DNA of 64,000 nt from Trichoplax adhaerens. Its lineage: Eukaryota > Animalia > Placozoa. A model generated the notes under the pieces. The model was not told the origin of the DNA. It did no database searches and worked only from the letters and a program-made list of their open reading frames with translations. The stretch is taken from the NCBI RefSeq assembly GCF_000150275.1, contig NW_002060946.1, positions 615,562-679,561 on the forward strand, given 5' to 3'. Shown here in pieces: positions 1 to 22,885 of the stretch. Each line of letters opens with the position of its first letter. The first letter of the stretch is position 1. The position numbers and the translations under genes were made by a program.

Positions 1-8511
<8,511 letters not shown>

Positions 8512-11178
8512 ATCGTGATGACTGAATGCTTACTGTAGAGAAAACGAGTTAAATAGTTTACGTTGTATAACAACTTAGTATTTGAGAAATTAGAGGGAGT
8601 ATTTTTTGATCAGATTTTTGGATTATATATTCGTTGCTACGATAATTAGTCAAAGTCTGAAGACATTTTTGAACTTCGTGCACGTGAACTACATGTGTAG
8701 TTTGCGTATGGAATTTGAGAAAGATGCTAGCACTTACCATTTTGCATACATGTATTGGAATAAAACAGCTAAATAATGTAATTTTGTGAAGTACTTGCAA
8801 GGCAGAGGAGCTCTAATTATGCTATTATAACCTAATATAATTCTTTACCTGCAAATGCCATAGCAAAAGGAAGCAAGAAAATCTTGCTTTCAATGTTTGC
8901 TGTAATGTCAACTTTTTCTTAGCGGATATCCGATCCTTTTCTAATAACTATAATTATTGCTGTACATTTTCAGTTTATAGAAGTTTGTATTTAAGCTTTA
9001 TATAACTTACTATTTTTTTACAAGACTATTACAAATATTTTATTGATCTATGTGAAAGATTTCACTTCATTTCTAAAATTGAAATATTATCTCTGAAATA
9101 CGGTATTACATCTACCCCTTACCTTTTACGCTATGCGAGCTAATAAATAATTTATGAATGCTACAAATTATGTATAATATAGATATGCGATATAGTATTC
9201 CCTCTTAACATATTTAACTCGCGTATACGTACGCGTATATATTTAATGTATACCTAAATAAATGTAGCGTGCTATAGTAGTAGTGTGTTGTAGAGTAAAA
9301 ATCGTCTGTTCTTGAAAACTTCTTGTTCAAAATTTTCTTAAGCTTAATACTTATGTATTGGTTAAAGGTCACGAACCTTTTAATATGCGTATTACCTATG
9401 CGAGAATACACACAGTATAACTTATTGTAGAATCGATTACGCAAATCTTTACATCTATTCAAATAATCTTTGATACCAATATTAAGAAATTTAATTATTG
9501 CTGATTTTTATTGTGTGATCCACTAAACTTCATAAGTAAATATACTAACTATAACATATTTAGCGTTTTATAATTAACTGTAACAACCATGAGAGCAATA
9601 AAATGCAATTAGTTATCCCGTTTGATAGCTTCAATGTAAATACACAATATCAAAAAGAAAAATATTATGTTGTTATAATTTATACTCCGTACTGTGGTTG
9701 ACTAGCTGCAGCCTATTAAAAATATTAACTACTTTTTGAGGTCGACTGAGGATAGGATAGTGATCTACCTTTCTTTGAGTATAGTTTCGCTTGATTATAA
9801 TTGTAGGAGCATATTCTAGCGATAAAAGCCATTATGTCGATGCTTATCGTCAGTATAATTGGGCTAGTTATACACGCATCGTATGATGGAATCCTGTTCA
9901 CGTTTATCACTATGCAATCATTGCTTCTATATCCGTATTAAATGGAATTTCAGAATTGATGATTGACTAAATGGCTCAATTTATACCTATATCATGTAGT
10001 TGATTGCTTATTAGAATCACGCTTTATATTCTATTCATATATCATATCAACTTTTTTAGGCTGTGCCATTACCGTAAATTTTTAGATCTACTTAATGCGT
10101 ACAACAATCATTACTCCGCGATATTGCATTTTCCTGATGATCGTGAAAAGTTATAGTTATATACTTGTACACAGTGTCTAATATTAGTCAAACGCGTCTT
10201 CATCATGAAATGCTTCTTTTGCATTGTCATCAACGAAAGAAGTATACGTGTTAGGTATTGAAATTTGCTAGATGATTAGCTAGCTATTTAACTAGACTGC
10301 TGGCAAGCTTGGCTAAAAGAGCTATGAATTTTAGCTAATATCCTACATAAACAAAGACCTCTTCGTATCTTTTCCTCTAGCTACGATATCATTCTAATTT
10401 GCTAATCTATAGTTTGATCATAGAATAAATTCAATTTTTTAGTAATATCATGTTAATAGACAGCGACTACAGAGAGCACTTGATAAGAACTTATTTTATA
10501 GCTATTACACTATGCATAGTATAATTTCTGCCATAGAATAGCAATAACTACAGCATCGAATGAGCATAGATTTCCTGATTCTCTGAACTTTATATTTAGA
10601 CATGGATTATAATTATTAGAGTAGATTATCCATTTTCAGATCACAGGGTCTCCAACTATTAGCTCGAGTCTATCTAGAACTAGAAGTTTTTCTTTTTCTA
10701 TCCAAATGATCCAATCTAGGTTTATACAGACACACGGACAATCAGACGTACGCGATACGGTACGCGGCACTGTGCCGCAAACTACAGTACTCTACTGTAC
10801 TGTACTGTACATTGTAATTACTACAGAGACACTGTAGCACATACTGTAGATTGTTAGCTGCAGCATGACAGCAACCTGGTGTTCAGAAATTTGCAGCCGC
10901 CATTGCTCCCTCATCGCTACAAACGTCCTTGAATTATTAGCTTATATTAATATCTTTATTTCCATTTATTTCCAAATAGAGTGAATAGGCTGTAATTATT
11001 GCATATTTTGGCTATTGCTAAGGGCTGTACGATCTTAATACTGCAGCTTACGACAGCTAAAGTGGTATACATAAGCTTTAACTGAGGGTTAAGGTACGAG
11101 TCAATGCAAGACCATTTTAAAGGTACGTCAATTCATAAATTTTATTGCAAACGTTGAGGCCGACTCTCTAACTGTGAC

Positions 11179-14100
11179 ATGGCAAGAAAGAGACGAAAGT
11201 ACTTGCCTTGCAAGACAGCAAGCAAAGAAAGCGAAAGCAAGGGTAATGATACCAGCCAAAAGAAGAGACAAGATACTACTGCAAGTGTGCAGCTGGACAG
11301 TAACATCTTCCTGCAGCAAAAGTCTGCAACTGACGACGATCCCAATCGTGACAGCAACGCTTTATTATTACCTGATCGACAGAAGAAGAAAAATCCAACC
11401 CAAATAGTGGCAAAAACTAGTAAAAAATTAAGTAATAAACAACGTAAACGACTAGAGAAGATTGTTGAAGGAAAGAAGAAGAAAGCTAAGGTGACATAAT
11501 ATACTCCATAAACGAATGCATGGCTCTGATTAATGAGGATTATGAACAACATTTAAATCCTAGAGGTTTCTCAATCCCTTGTAGAGTATATTTAGTTTAA
11601 GTATGTCATCGTTATGCAAATTGCAATTCTGAAATTCTTTAGGATAAAGCTTCATGTATAGGTTATCGTATAAATGCATATTGTATATTTAAAGACTATT
11701 TCACAATAACTACAAGTAGGACTCACTAGCAATTAGAGCCATTAGCTAGCTCAGCCTTTGACAATACGCGTATAACCCTGCTTGAAACATGTACTCGCTT
11801 GCTAAATGAATCCGTTAAGCGATGCAATAACATTTCTTGATATTTCATATAAATATTTCTGGAATACAGTATGTTACTTTGAGATAAGTAATGATCAACA
11901 TAAGGTTCTAAAATTTAAACGTCTTGATATGTGTTAAGTTTCGATAACAATACATGTCGTTTGTTGTTATAGAGAGCGGAATTACTTAAATCATTAGCCA
12001 AGTATACTATCAATCAAGAGGAATTGCAAATGTATCAATCTACGGCTAAATTAAATAGGTAAATTTATAATACTATATGTAACTCTGGCCAATGTTATGA
12101 ACTAACCATTTTATTAAATTTAAATTCAGTAAACTTTTCAAGAGGAAATCTGCAGATGCAGAGGAAATGACTGCTAAGAAATTACGAAAAGATTGGATCA
12201 GGACAAATACTAATGAAGATGACGAAGAAATAACTGACGATTCTTCTGTGAATGATGATAGTGACAGTGATAGTCAAATAGATGACGATAACAGTGACGA
12301 AGCAATTCAGCCAAATGAAAATGAAAATATATCACCATCTGAAAAACCATCGCAAGCTCTTGATATTAAGCCTAAAGAATTAGACGAACGGACGAAAATT
12401 ATGAAATCCTTACCAACAACCAAAGACGATTCGAAAAGTGTATTTATTACAGTTGACAGAGATACAGATATTCAGGTTCGCTTAATTATATATATATATA
12501 TACTGTAGCCAGGTGTCGATAAATAATCTTACCTTCATCATATTACGGAATATTGGATGTGTATTATTTCTGTAACATAGGTTGCCCGCCTTCAGTTACC
12601 AATTCTTAGCCAAGAAGATTCTATTATGGCGGCTATTAAAGAGAATCCAGTAACAATTATATGTGGTGAGACTGGATGCGGTAAGACAACTCAAGTCCCG
12701 CAATTTTTATATGAATATGGTTTTACTTGTTCTAGCGATGGAAGGTAAGTAATCCATTAATTATTCATTGATAACTAAATATAGTTTTAGTTATTGTCTG
12801 CCTGTGACAGCCTTATTTCTTGCATTGCTACAAATTAATACATACCCATTTCCATATCTAGTGATACCAAAGCCATGATGATTGGTGTCACCGAACCGCG
12901 ACGTGTTGCAGCTATCAGTGTATCTAAAAGAGTTGCTGAAGAAATGTCAATGGCAACAAGGTTAAAATTTGCACTAAATTAAAAAGATTATCAATGCGTT
13001 ATTGTATGGTAATAATATATTGTTGTATTACGACTACTGCTCGATACTACTGTTTTAGTATAGCACAAAGATAAGACAATTTTATCATTCAGATTTATTT
13101 AGCACTTTAAATGCTTAGAAATTCTATACTTACAATTAGAATATAGAATACTTATTCATAACCAATTCATAACCAATAGCAACCATCAATCATTTTCGTG
13201 CCCTAAGACAGATCTTAATCAAAATTAGGCTTATATTAAAAGTCTAAACCACACATTATTTTGCAATCATACCTTTAGAGCTATTTTCATATATTATAAT
13301 AACCCTTATGTTATTAGCTGTTTTACTTGATAAAGTTCTCATGGTTGCATTTCATTTGATCTACCCTCAATTTTTTTCTATACGTTCGTGCAGCCAAGTC
13401 TCTTATCAGATCCGTTACCAAGGGAATGCAACAGGTATGGATGATTAATCATTGCATCATGAGTCATGACACAATGCCAATTCAAAACCTCCCGTGAAAT
13501 ACGAGTAAACACTCATTTGTTTATATCAGCAAATTCGTCACTTAATTACATCATGTATACTACAGATGACACCAGAATTAAATTCATGACCGATGGTATA
13601 CTATTAAAAGAAGTTGAGAAAGTAAGCATCCCAAACTGTGTATAATCTTTTGTACTAGAAGTCAAATTACGTAATAAATTTAATAGTATCATTAATAGCT
13701 CGATATACCTCATTTCTATCTAACTTTTCCATGCCTGATGCATATCTTATGCATAACCATATCACACTAGAAATGATTACTATTTTTTGCCTTTGCATTG
13801 CAACTGTGTAGGATTTTCTTCTAAAGAAATATGCTGTCATTGTTCTTGACGAAGCTCATGAACGTAGTGTATTTACTGACATCCTTATTGGTTTGCTATC
13901 ACGGATAGTACCTCTTCGAAATAAAGTATGAAATAACAATATATATATATATATATTAAATGATTCTCATTAATCCGCATTTATTTTTGGTCGTATTGGT
14001 GAATATTAGAAAGGAATACCTCTAAAACTAATTATCATGTCAGCTACATTAAGAGTAGCGGATTTTAGCGAGAACAAAAGGCTCTTCCCCATTCCACCTC

Positions 14101-17100
14101 CAGTGGTCAAGGTATGTACGTCTGTTTTGTTGCATAATATAGCCTACATAGTGCAACACTCTAAAGATTCTTATAGCATTCATTCTATATCCTTCTTAAC
14201 GTTATGCAGGTATACTTACTTAACGCTAACAGGGTTTTAATTTAGAATGATGCCTACAGCTTTGATGAACTACTTTTACATTGAGGTGTAATTCAATGTA
14301 TGTGTACCTTTCTTAATATTTTAGGTAGAAACGAGGCAATATCCTGTTTCGGTTCATTTTAGTAAGAAGACGCCAGAGAATTATGTTGCAGAAGCATATA
14401 GAAAAGTTAGTAAATTGAATCAGCGATGATTAATTACAGTTGGAATCGATATGATTGCGATAATTCTTGTAGGTATGTAAAATTCACCGACAATTAAAAG
14501 ATGGTGGTATACTAGTATTTTTAACTGGTCAAGCGGAAATAAGTGCATTATGTCGTAAATTACGTCGAACCTTTCCTGAATGCAGCAAAATCAATGAAAC
14601 CGATACAACAGGTAGTATTTTAGTACTGACTTGTGCAATTCCCGTGGTTATTTGTTTACTGTTAAAATACCGTAGGCGGTTTTTGTTCTTAATTACTACC
14701 AAGCTAAGACTATAAATTGTATATAGAAAACGTCTCCCGGAGAGAGGACGATAGTGAAGAAAACTTAAAGTATGTCAGTTATTAGGTCTTGCATTATGAT
14801 ATATTTCGTACGATATAAAATACTTCTGTTACTGAAGCACAGTAATATCCTACTACCGCACAATATATCATAGGAAAAATACCTCCCCTCCAAAATTAGA
14901 AGATCGAGACTGCGAGATTGACTGTGTCGATGATTTATATGACAATGGATTGGCCAGTGATGACGATGAAAGCCAATCAGACGATGTAACATTTATGCTA
15001 TGGAATAACTGTTCGTCTATTTGTTAAAATTAATGGATTGTGCAACTAAAATATTAACCTCTACTATCAGGATGTTCCACAAGCAAATGATTCAAATCTT
15101 CCCTTGTATGTTCTTCCCTTGTTCTCGTTACTTAGCGGAAAGAGACAAAGTTTGGTAAGCCTTTGTAATATAGTTATGTATGCGTCTATCCGTAGATATA
15201 CAAATGTGTCATTTTAAAAATGTCTATCTTTGGTGAATGACACATCATATAATAGTTATGCATCTTTTATAGAAATTAAAGATATCGTTATTATGTTGAA
15301 ACCAATAAAATATTTTGGTGTAGGTTTTCCAACCTCCTCCGGAAGGAACAAGACTATGTGTTGTAGCTACGAATATCGCAGAAACATCAATTACAATTCC
15401 AAATATTAAATATGTGGTCGATTCTGGAAAGGTTCATATTGATTGATCATCTATAATACGTTCCAAATTCCATAATTGATATATCTAATCACGTACTAAA
15501 ATCGTTGTTAATACTGTATATCAGGTTAAAAGACGATACTTCGATAAAGTTACTGGAATTTCATCCTTTGTGTAAGAAATTTTTTTCGAAATCAGATAGT
15601 TTTATGAGACAAAAAGGATATCTTATTTATATTCCCTTGTGCAGTGTTACCTGGACCTCGAAAGCATCTGCAAACCAAAGAGCAGGTAGAGCAGGAAGAA
15701 CTGAACCTGGACACTGTTATAGGTAGGTGTTGCAGTTTAAATATGAAAGTAGTACTCAAAAAAGTTTCTTATCTATATCGAGTTTGGAATCATTTCGAGT
15801 AAAAATTTTATCAAGCTTATCAAATGACTTTATTCTACATTATTAATAATAGATTAAAAATTTCTAACATTTTTTAAATTTACTTAGACTATACTCTTCG
15901 GCTATATTTAACAATGAATTCGACGACTTTTCGCCACCAGAAATGATTAGGAGACCAGTAGATGACCTGGTTTTACAAATGAAGGTTAGATTTTAACTTC
16001 CGGAAACCGTTAGTAGGAACTAGCAAGATGATAATTATTGCAATAATATTCGTTTCGTTAAGTGATTATTCGTAGAAATTAAGAAATCAATTTTTACGGT
16101 TTCATATTGTAGGCTATTGGAATCCAGAAAGTAATCAATTTTCCTTTTCCTACCTGTCCTGAAAGAGAAGCTTTACAGGTTTTTAGCAATTGATCAACAG
16201 ATTTGGTCATTGCAAATCTGATCTCGTTATGATACTTGGATTAATGTTAGGCTGCCGAGCAACTGTTATTCAACCTGGGATCTTTAGAAGACAAAAGCAA
16301 TAACACAAGTATATATAAATTCTTATTACTGCTACTATACACGCATTAGAATTAGTTTGTTTAAATGGGCTGTGTTAATTCTAAATGATGAAACTTCATT
16401 TTTGCATTAGAAAAGAGCTATTCAATAACAAGCTTAGGCAAAGTTATGTCTCAGTTCCCGGTAGCTCCGCGATATGCTAAAATGTTGGTTATTAGCGAAC
16501 AATATGGTTGTTTGCCTTACGTAATCACTCTTGTTGCAGCGTTAACCGTAAAGGTAAAACTGAAACTTTCTAGCATATTTATTTAGAATTTGAATCTTTA
16601 TTTATACCACGGGTTAGGACATTTTTTTCGATATCGATGAAATAAGTCAAGATTCTTCAAAACAGGTAAGTAACAGTATTATCATAAGAAAACTGGTAAA
16701 ATAGGCGCTACAATAATTTAGGAATATGTTTTAAAATAGCGTATCTCTATTACCTAGGATCCCGCAATAATTGCAGCTAAACTTCGAATAAAGCAAACGA
16801 GAAAAGTATGGGCTTCTGAGGTTGAGGCAGATATCTAATTTTTACTTAATCAATAACAATTATTTCTATATACTCTATACTATAATTGTATTAATGTCTT
16901 TTATCGTACGTTAGGGTGCAAAATGTTTATTGGGAGACTACATGGTGTATTTGCGTTCTGTTGGGGCTTCAGAATATGCTAAAAATAGCATTGATTTTTG
17001 CGCAAAGACTGGACTCAGATACAAAGCGATGACAGAAATACGAAAGCTTCGTGTACAACTAACTAATACTGGTTTGTTATTGATATACTTGAGCTTATCA

Positions 17101-18704
17101 AATTGTAAAGTAATGCCATGATCTGTTCTAAAAGTTTTTTTGTATGATTTGTAAACAAATTTGGTATGTCTTAAATAGTAAATGGCATAAACTCGTCTTC
17201 TAATGAATGCGTTGATCCAAAGATGCCTCCTCCAACACAGATACAGGTATATATCAGGTTTCAATCCTCAAACCGAAGCGACTTGATTGCAACCAATTTG
17301 TCACTAAAATTTGTCATTCAAAATTTAGTGCAATCTCATTCGCCAGATTATCCTTGCTGGCATGTGTAATTACGTTGCAAGGTATTCTATTTCTAATTTT
17401 ATCATAATCTCGAACATTTACTACTGGAAATTTACTTATAAAAAATTAAACTACTTTAATAGGAAGGTGCCAGCAGAGGGAATCAAGGATCCTAAAATGA
17501 AAGATGCTTATCAAGTTTGTTTTATATCTTCTATTGCTATTTACTTATAAGTTAAGCACATCTAATAATTTAATTATTACAGAGTTGTTTAACCAACGAT
17601 TGGGTATATATACATCCTACGTCATCGTTATCGAATCAATTGCCAGAGTTTGTAGTTTATCAAGAAATTTTGGAGACTAAAAGACTATATATGAAAAGTA
17701 AATTTCTTACGCTTATCAACTTGGATTGTTATAAATATTTTTAACGTAGCAGATGAGTTTGCTAAGAGTTCAATTTATAATTGCGTATATAAAGCGTATA
17801 CAATAATACAAAATTTTTAATTTTAAAGACGTATGTGCTGCACAGCCCGACTGGTTTCCTAAACTATTGCCAAGCCTTTGTACATTCTCAAAACCGTTAG
17901 ATGATCCGCCTGTTCGATATGATACAGATAGTGGCAGGATTAAATGTCATATGTCGTGCACATTCGGTAAACGGATTCAAGAAGTTAATTCAATCTCAAC
18001 GAGATACTAATTTGATGCTGTACATATTATCTAAGGTCCTCAGGCATGGCCAATCCCACCAGCTGAAGTAGATTATCCAGAATCAATCGAAAAATATAAA
18101 TGGTTTGCTGTATTCTTATTGGATGGGAAAGTAAGGAAGCACCTATAATTTACTTCATCATATCTAAAACTATTGATTATTAATCAACATTTGCACATTA
18201 TATAGATATTTCCAAAATTGTCCGCATATTCATCAAAGCTCCTGAGCTCTCCGAAAACAATGGTAAAAAGTTGGGCAAAGTATGTTTATTGATTCATCAA
18301 ATTATCGTGCAAACTTTTAAATAGTTTTAATATACATGTACAACTTGTCTGTAGTCATTCCATCGAAGAAAACTATTAAGCATAGTGTAATTTATAGGCT
18401 GCAGCCACGAACTGAATCATTACTTCAAGCATTAATACATGAGAATATAGCTACACGTGACTCTTTAGCAGAAAAGTGGAAAATCAAACCAGACTGTAAG
18501 TGATTATATTTTTTTATTTTTATTGGTATTGTTTATGGATTTTCGTTACTCGAAAATTGCAATATCGCTATAGTGCAAGACATTTGAAAATTCTTAATAA
18601 ACACTTCAATAATAGATCTATTTGATGTCTATTCGAGATGGTTACCGCAGTCTTATCATGAGGAAGTAATATCGATGTGGCCGCCTGTTAAGACAGACGA
18701 ATGA
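11179..18704 (+). CDS. DHX37: DEAH-box RNA helicase DHX37 (Dhr1 orthologue, SSU processome); multi-exon
   Basis: Basic N-terminus with DSNALLLP and [16 protein letters not shown]. Motifs: [10 protein letters not shown] (~12665), [26 protein letters not shown] (~13845), [33 protein letters not shown] (~15665). The C-terminus [12 protein letters not shown]|KLQPRT...WPPVKTDE* is characteristic of DHX37. Stop TGA at 18702-18704. Confidence 0.93.
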
Positions 18705-20732
18705 ATCTGCTCAACGGCAATGAAAACGTCGACTTTAAAACTATTTCACCAATAATAGTTATATATATGTACATGAAGTATGATTGCTGACCCAGGGTAA
18801 TAAATTGTAGCTGCTGCTATTAAAGCATTGTCAATATCCGCGATATCAAAGGCAATTAAGTGATTGTACAAGTGCATATTTTAACTGCTTGTCCACCCAC
18901 GTCGGTACAATTTATTAAATTTAATTGTGTAAATATAGCATTTTTTATGTCTATGATCAATATCTATCTGATGAAAGTAAATAACACTATATTCCTGATT
19001 TTATCTTGCATTACACAAGTTAAAGATTCTATGATGTCTCTTTACAACAGCAGTAACATTATATAATTTACTTTCGCCGCCAAAAGTGATTAAATTTATC
19101 ATATACATATTGTTTTAATAAATTGGACACACAAGATCTTCGCTATCAGTATGATATTACAAATAATGATCCCATTTACTGATGTTATTGCACTAAGCTT
19201 TGAGGATTAATGGTAATGTATCGTATGTTTGAAACTTTAGAGAAGATATCATCATTATTATGCAGGGACCATATTAATGAGCTATTGATCAATATCATAC
19301 GAACAATGAATACATACATGCTGGCTAATATAAGAGTAACCATGGTAACCGATACTATAGCAGTTGATATAACAATACTTTATATAGTATTCATTATTTA
19401 GTATCAGTAGGTCGAAATTCTTAGTCAGTGACCACCTGTGATTCTAAATAATTTTAAAATCAAATTTAAATCTTTATCCATTTATATACTATTAATATTA
19501 TCAACATATTACTTGATCACTAATTTACGGTTAGATTGCCATACATATATAACTTGCATCGAAAATCACTGTATCACTGTACATCATTTACAGTAGTTAC
19601 AACATCCAATAGATATATATAATGATTGATTGATCGTTTATTTAAACCATAGATAATCATTACAATATTACCTCAATAACACAGTTAGGCTTCCGCACGA
19701 CTGTAATAAAGCATGATGATAAAATAACGTTAAGCTTCCCCTATTATCTATATCCGTCTCTAATTTCTAGGTTATGATCCGATCCTGTAAAGAATTTTCA
19801 TAGGAATTTATTAAGATTGACGATTTATATTTAAAATATAAAGAATGTAATAATAGTATCCTAGGTAGAGCAAACACCAGCATTTTTTAATCTTATACTT
19901 TATAATCAATCAAACAGAAAGGAATATAAATACTCATTACAGTGTTTCCTAAATAACAATATCTGAAACATTCTTCGTGGTGATGAACATGTAGAGTATA
20001 TTTTTAAAAACTATATACGGCTAAACTACGAAGTTAAGATTATTTACTTGTAGCCATTTTTAAATATATTTAATATATTTTTATTTACCAAAACTAAGGG
20101 TTGATCAACAATCTGCATAGTTAATGTCGTAAATCTTTACATCAATAATAGAAGTGTAAATTCAACAGGTATGTAAGAATTTTATCTCTTTGATTTAGCT
20201 AGTCACGAATAGTATTTTTATTAACCAAATTATCGACACTCAATGTTGAAGAAATGAAGCTCAAATTAGATATAGATGCTCCATTTGAAGACAGTATGAT
20301 TATAGACAAGTTAGACTAATTTCTCGTCCAATCTATCGTGATAAAGGGTAGTTGAGAATCAAAAATCATCCAAATAACCAGAAATAAAAACTGTTTATTC
20401 ATATGCATTATAATACAAAATATAGAGAACCTCTTTCGTGCCTTGTCTTTGTTTAGTTCCAAGATGCCTATGCATTAAATAAAATGATAACAATAAGAAG
20501 AAAAACTACAATTATTCTATCCATTAATATTTTTAACTAAGCATAAAAGTACAATACTTAAGTCCAACGGGGATACTATTCATATAGAATAGTTTAATAT
20601 GTTTATTAAGAGTATTGACGACGCAATAGTTGTATAAAGATCGCTCAACAAAACGTTAAAGTATACTTTGGATACAAGTTTTACCGGGCCATAAATCTAG
20701 ATAACTTTTCCACCGTTCTCAAAATTGCCGAT

Positions 20733-22885
20733 ATGCCTAAATATATATTGCACTATCTTGACATAGACGCCAGAGCTGAACTTATTCGGCTTATTCTTGC
20801 TTATGACGATATCCACTTTAAAGAAATTTTGTACAGTTTTGAAGAGTGGCCAACAGTTAAAGGTGAAGACTGATATTAGAATAGAAGTACAGCATTTGCT
20901 AGATTAGTCTGTAATATGAACACTAAATTTTCTGCCTTATTAAAATTGATCCGAATGAGATCCATAGCAACATCCAATATATTTATAACATTTACTGTTA
21001 CAGAAAAATTTCCATATGAGACAGTGCCTGTCTTAGTGATGGATGGTAAAGAGGTCGCTCAAAGTGGAGCTATTACTCGATATCTTGCTCGTGTAGCTGG
21101 TAAGCAATTCGTACTTTTAATAGTCTTTCTCATTAGATTGATTTCGAAATTTTTATAATTAAAGTAATTGATAGTTTACATCTCAATGATAAATAGGTAT
21201 ATAAAGATATAATCAATCTTACAGAATTGTACGAGTATCTCGACTTAAATTGAATTTCTACAGTTATATAAATCATAATGAACTTGTTACAGGAATCAAT
21301 GGCAAAACCACAACGGAAAAAGCAATGGCTGATATGTACGTTGATACTTTTATCTACGATATCGTTGAGAAATCTTATAGTTTCCGTCTTCCTGCCCTCG
21401 AACCAGATGAAGAGAAAAGGGTAAGCATCAAGATAAAATCTGATAGAACTGCTGTTTGTAGAATCCTTAATGTTAAACTTTGCTCAATAATTTCAGAAAG
21501 AAAAAGCTCAAGAATTTCTAAAAGAAAAGCTAATTCCATTTTTGGACCAACTGGAGGAACTCTACAAGAAGAATGGAGGAGGGCCTTGGTTTTGCGGTGA
21601 AACTGTATGTTTTTAATTCTAAAGTATTTCTGTTATGACATGATAAATGGTTACACATAATCTCATCGAATGATATGTTTAGAAGTAAGATCATCACTTA
21701 AATTGATATCGATGATCAACTTTTAATTGCTAATATCTTATGTACGCGTATTTCTGTATTACGATTAGAACAATTTATTTCATCAGTCATATGATATATA
21801 AGTAGTTAGATTAATGCTCTTATTATTTTGAAAATTCTTATTTTGTATTAGTTCATTTCTGTATACCGTAACCATAACAGCACATTAATTAAAGTACTAT
21901 AGGCAGAATATAGATATGATAATCTATTATGGCTCTGCTTGCACTCGTAGTCACTCTATAGGTATTACTATCGCAAAAAAGATCACAAATACTCCCGATT
22001 AATAGATTCTATGATAGACATATTTTCGGTATAATAAGATAGTAGGAGGAATAGATCTAGAACATATATACCGTAGTATAAAGGTCATATAACTGCTGGT
22101 TAATCGATTGCGTACATTTACAAATACCACAAGATGCTATCTACCGACTATTGATAGTATAAACTGCAGATCATATAATTTCTAGAAGATTATACCATAT
22201 GTGACATGCATATTTTATCATTAAGCTATATTTAGATGTTGCATGTATTCAGACCGGGTCTATTTTCATTCAATTTACCTGCATATGACGAAAAGATAAA
22301 AAGATTTTCGAAATTATCATTATGCATAACGCCGAACTCTATCCTTTAATAATAGTGAACTGTTTACATTCAAACTGATCTTAAAATTAATTTAAAAAAA
22401 ATATGGTATTCCAAATAAATAACGAATAATTTTTTCTAGCTCTAGCGCAGGATTAAAATTATCCTCCAGTGCCATTACTATAATGCGTATTAATACAGCT
22501 AATATCAATTTATTATCTACTGGTCTCTAAAATCAAGTTATTAAACAGTAAAATAAATCATTGTTTAATTACTTCGTAATCTGATGTATATGACCAGTAA
22601 ATTTTAATGTAATAGAATCCGATTAATTAGGGATTTCTTAACAGTTACGTACGATATGTATTCTTACCGTATGTGAACGATCGTAATAATGTACAATTCT
22701 TGGATTTTATACAACAGTTCACTTATGCCGATTTGGCCTATTTTCGCATGGTTAACAATGTTCATGACCTAGTCATGCAAGTTCCAACACCTCATCCTCA
22801 TCTTCAAGAAAACTACGAACGTACGGCAAACATTCCTCGCATTGCAGAATACCAAAAGAATAAGAAACAAGATCGGATCATCTAA
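20733..22885 (+). CDS. Glutathione S-transferase, sigma-like (copy A), 5 exons
   Basis: Exons ~20733-20862 ([27 protein letters not shown]), ~21004-21099 (KFPYETVPVL..AQSGAITRYLAR), ~21292-21420, ~21497-21604 ([10 protein letters not shown]) and ~22718-22885 (FTYADLAYF). The catalytic Tyr, Arg, Trp, cis-Pro, QS and N-capping TYAD motifs are present. Confidence 0.9.

Noticed and set aside
8558-9910. Short ORFs downstream of WDR7, and similar ones at 18860-19401, 23064-24219, 42318-43462, 55186-57183 and 63696-63935
   Set aside because: Composition is typical of AT-rich non-coding DNA, with no motifs or coherent exon structure.
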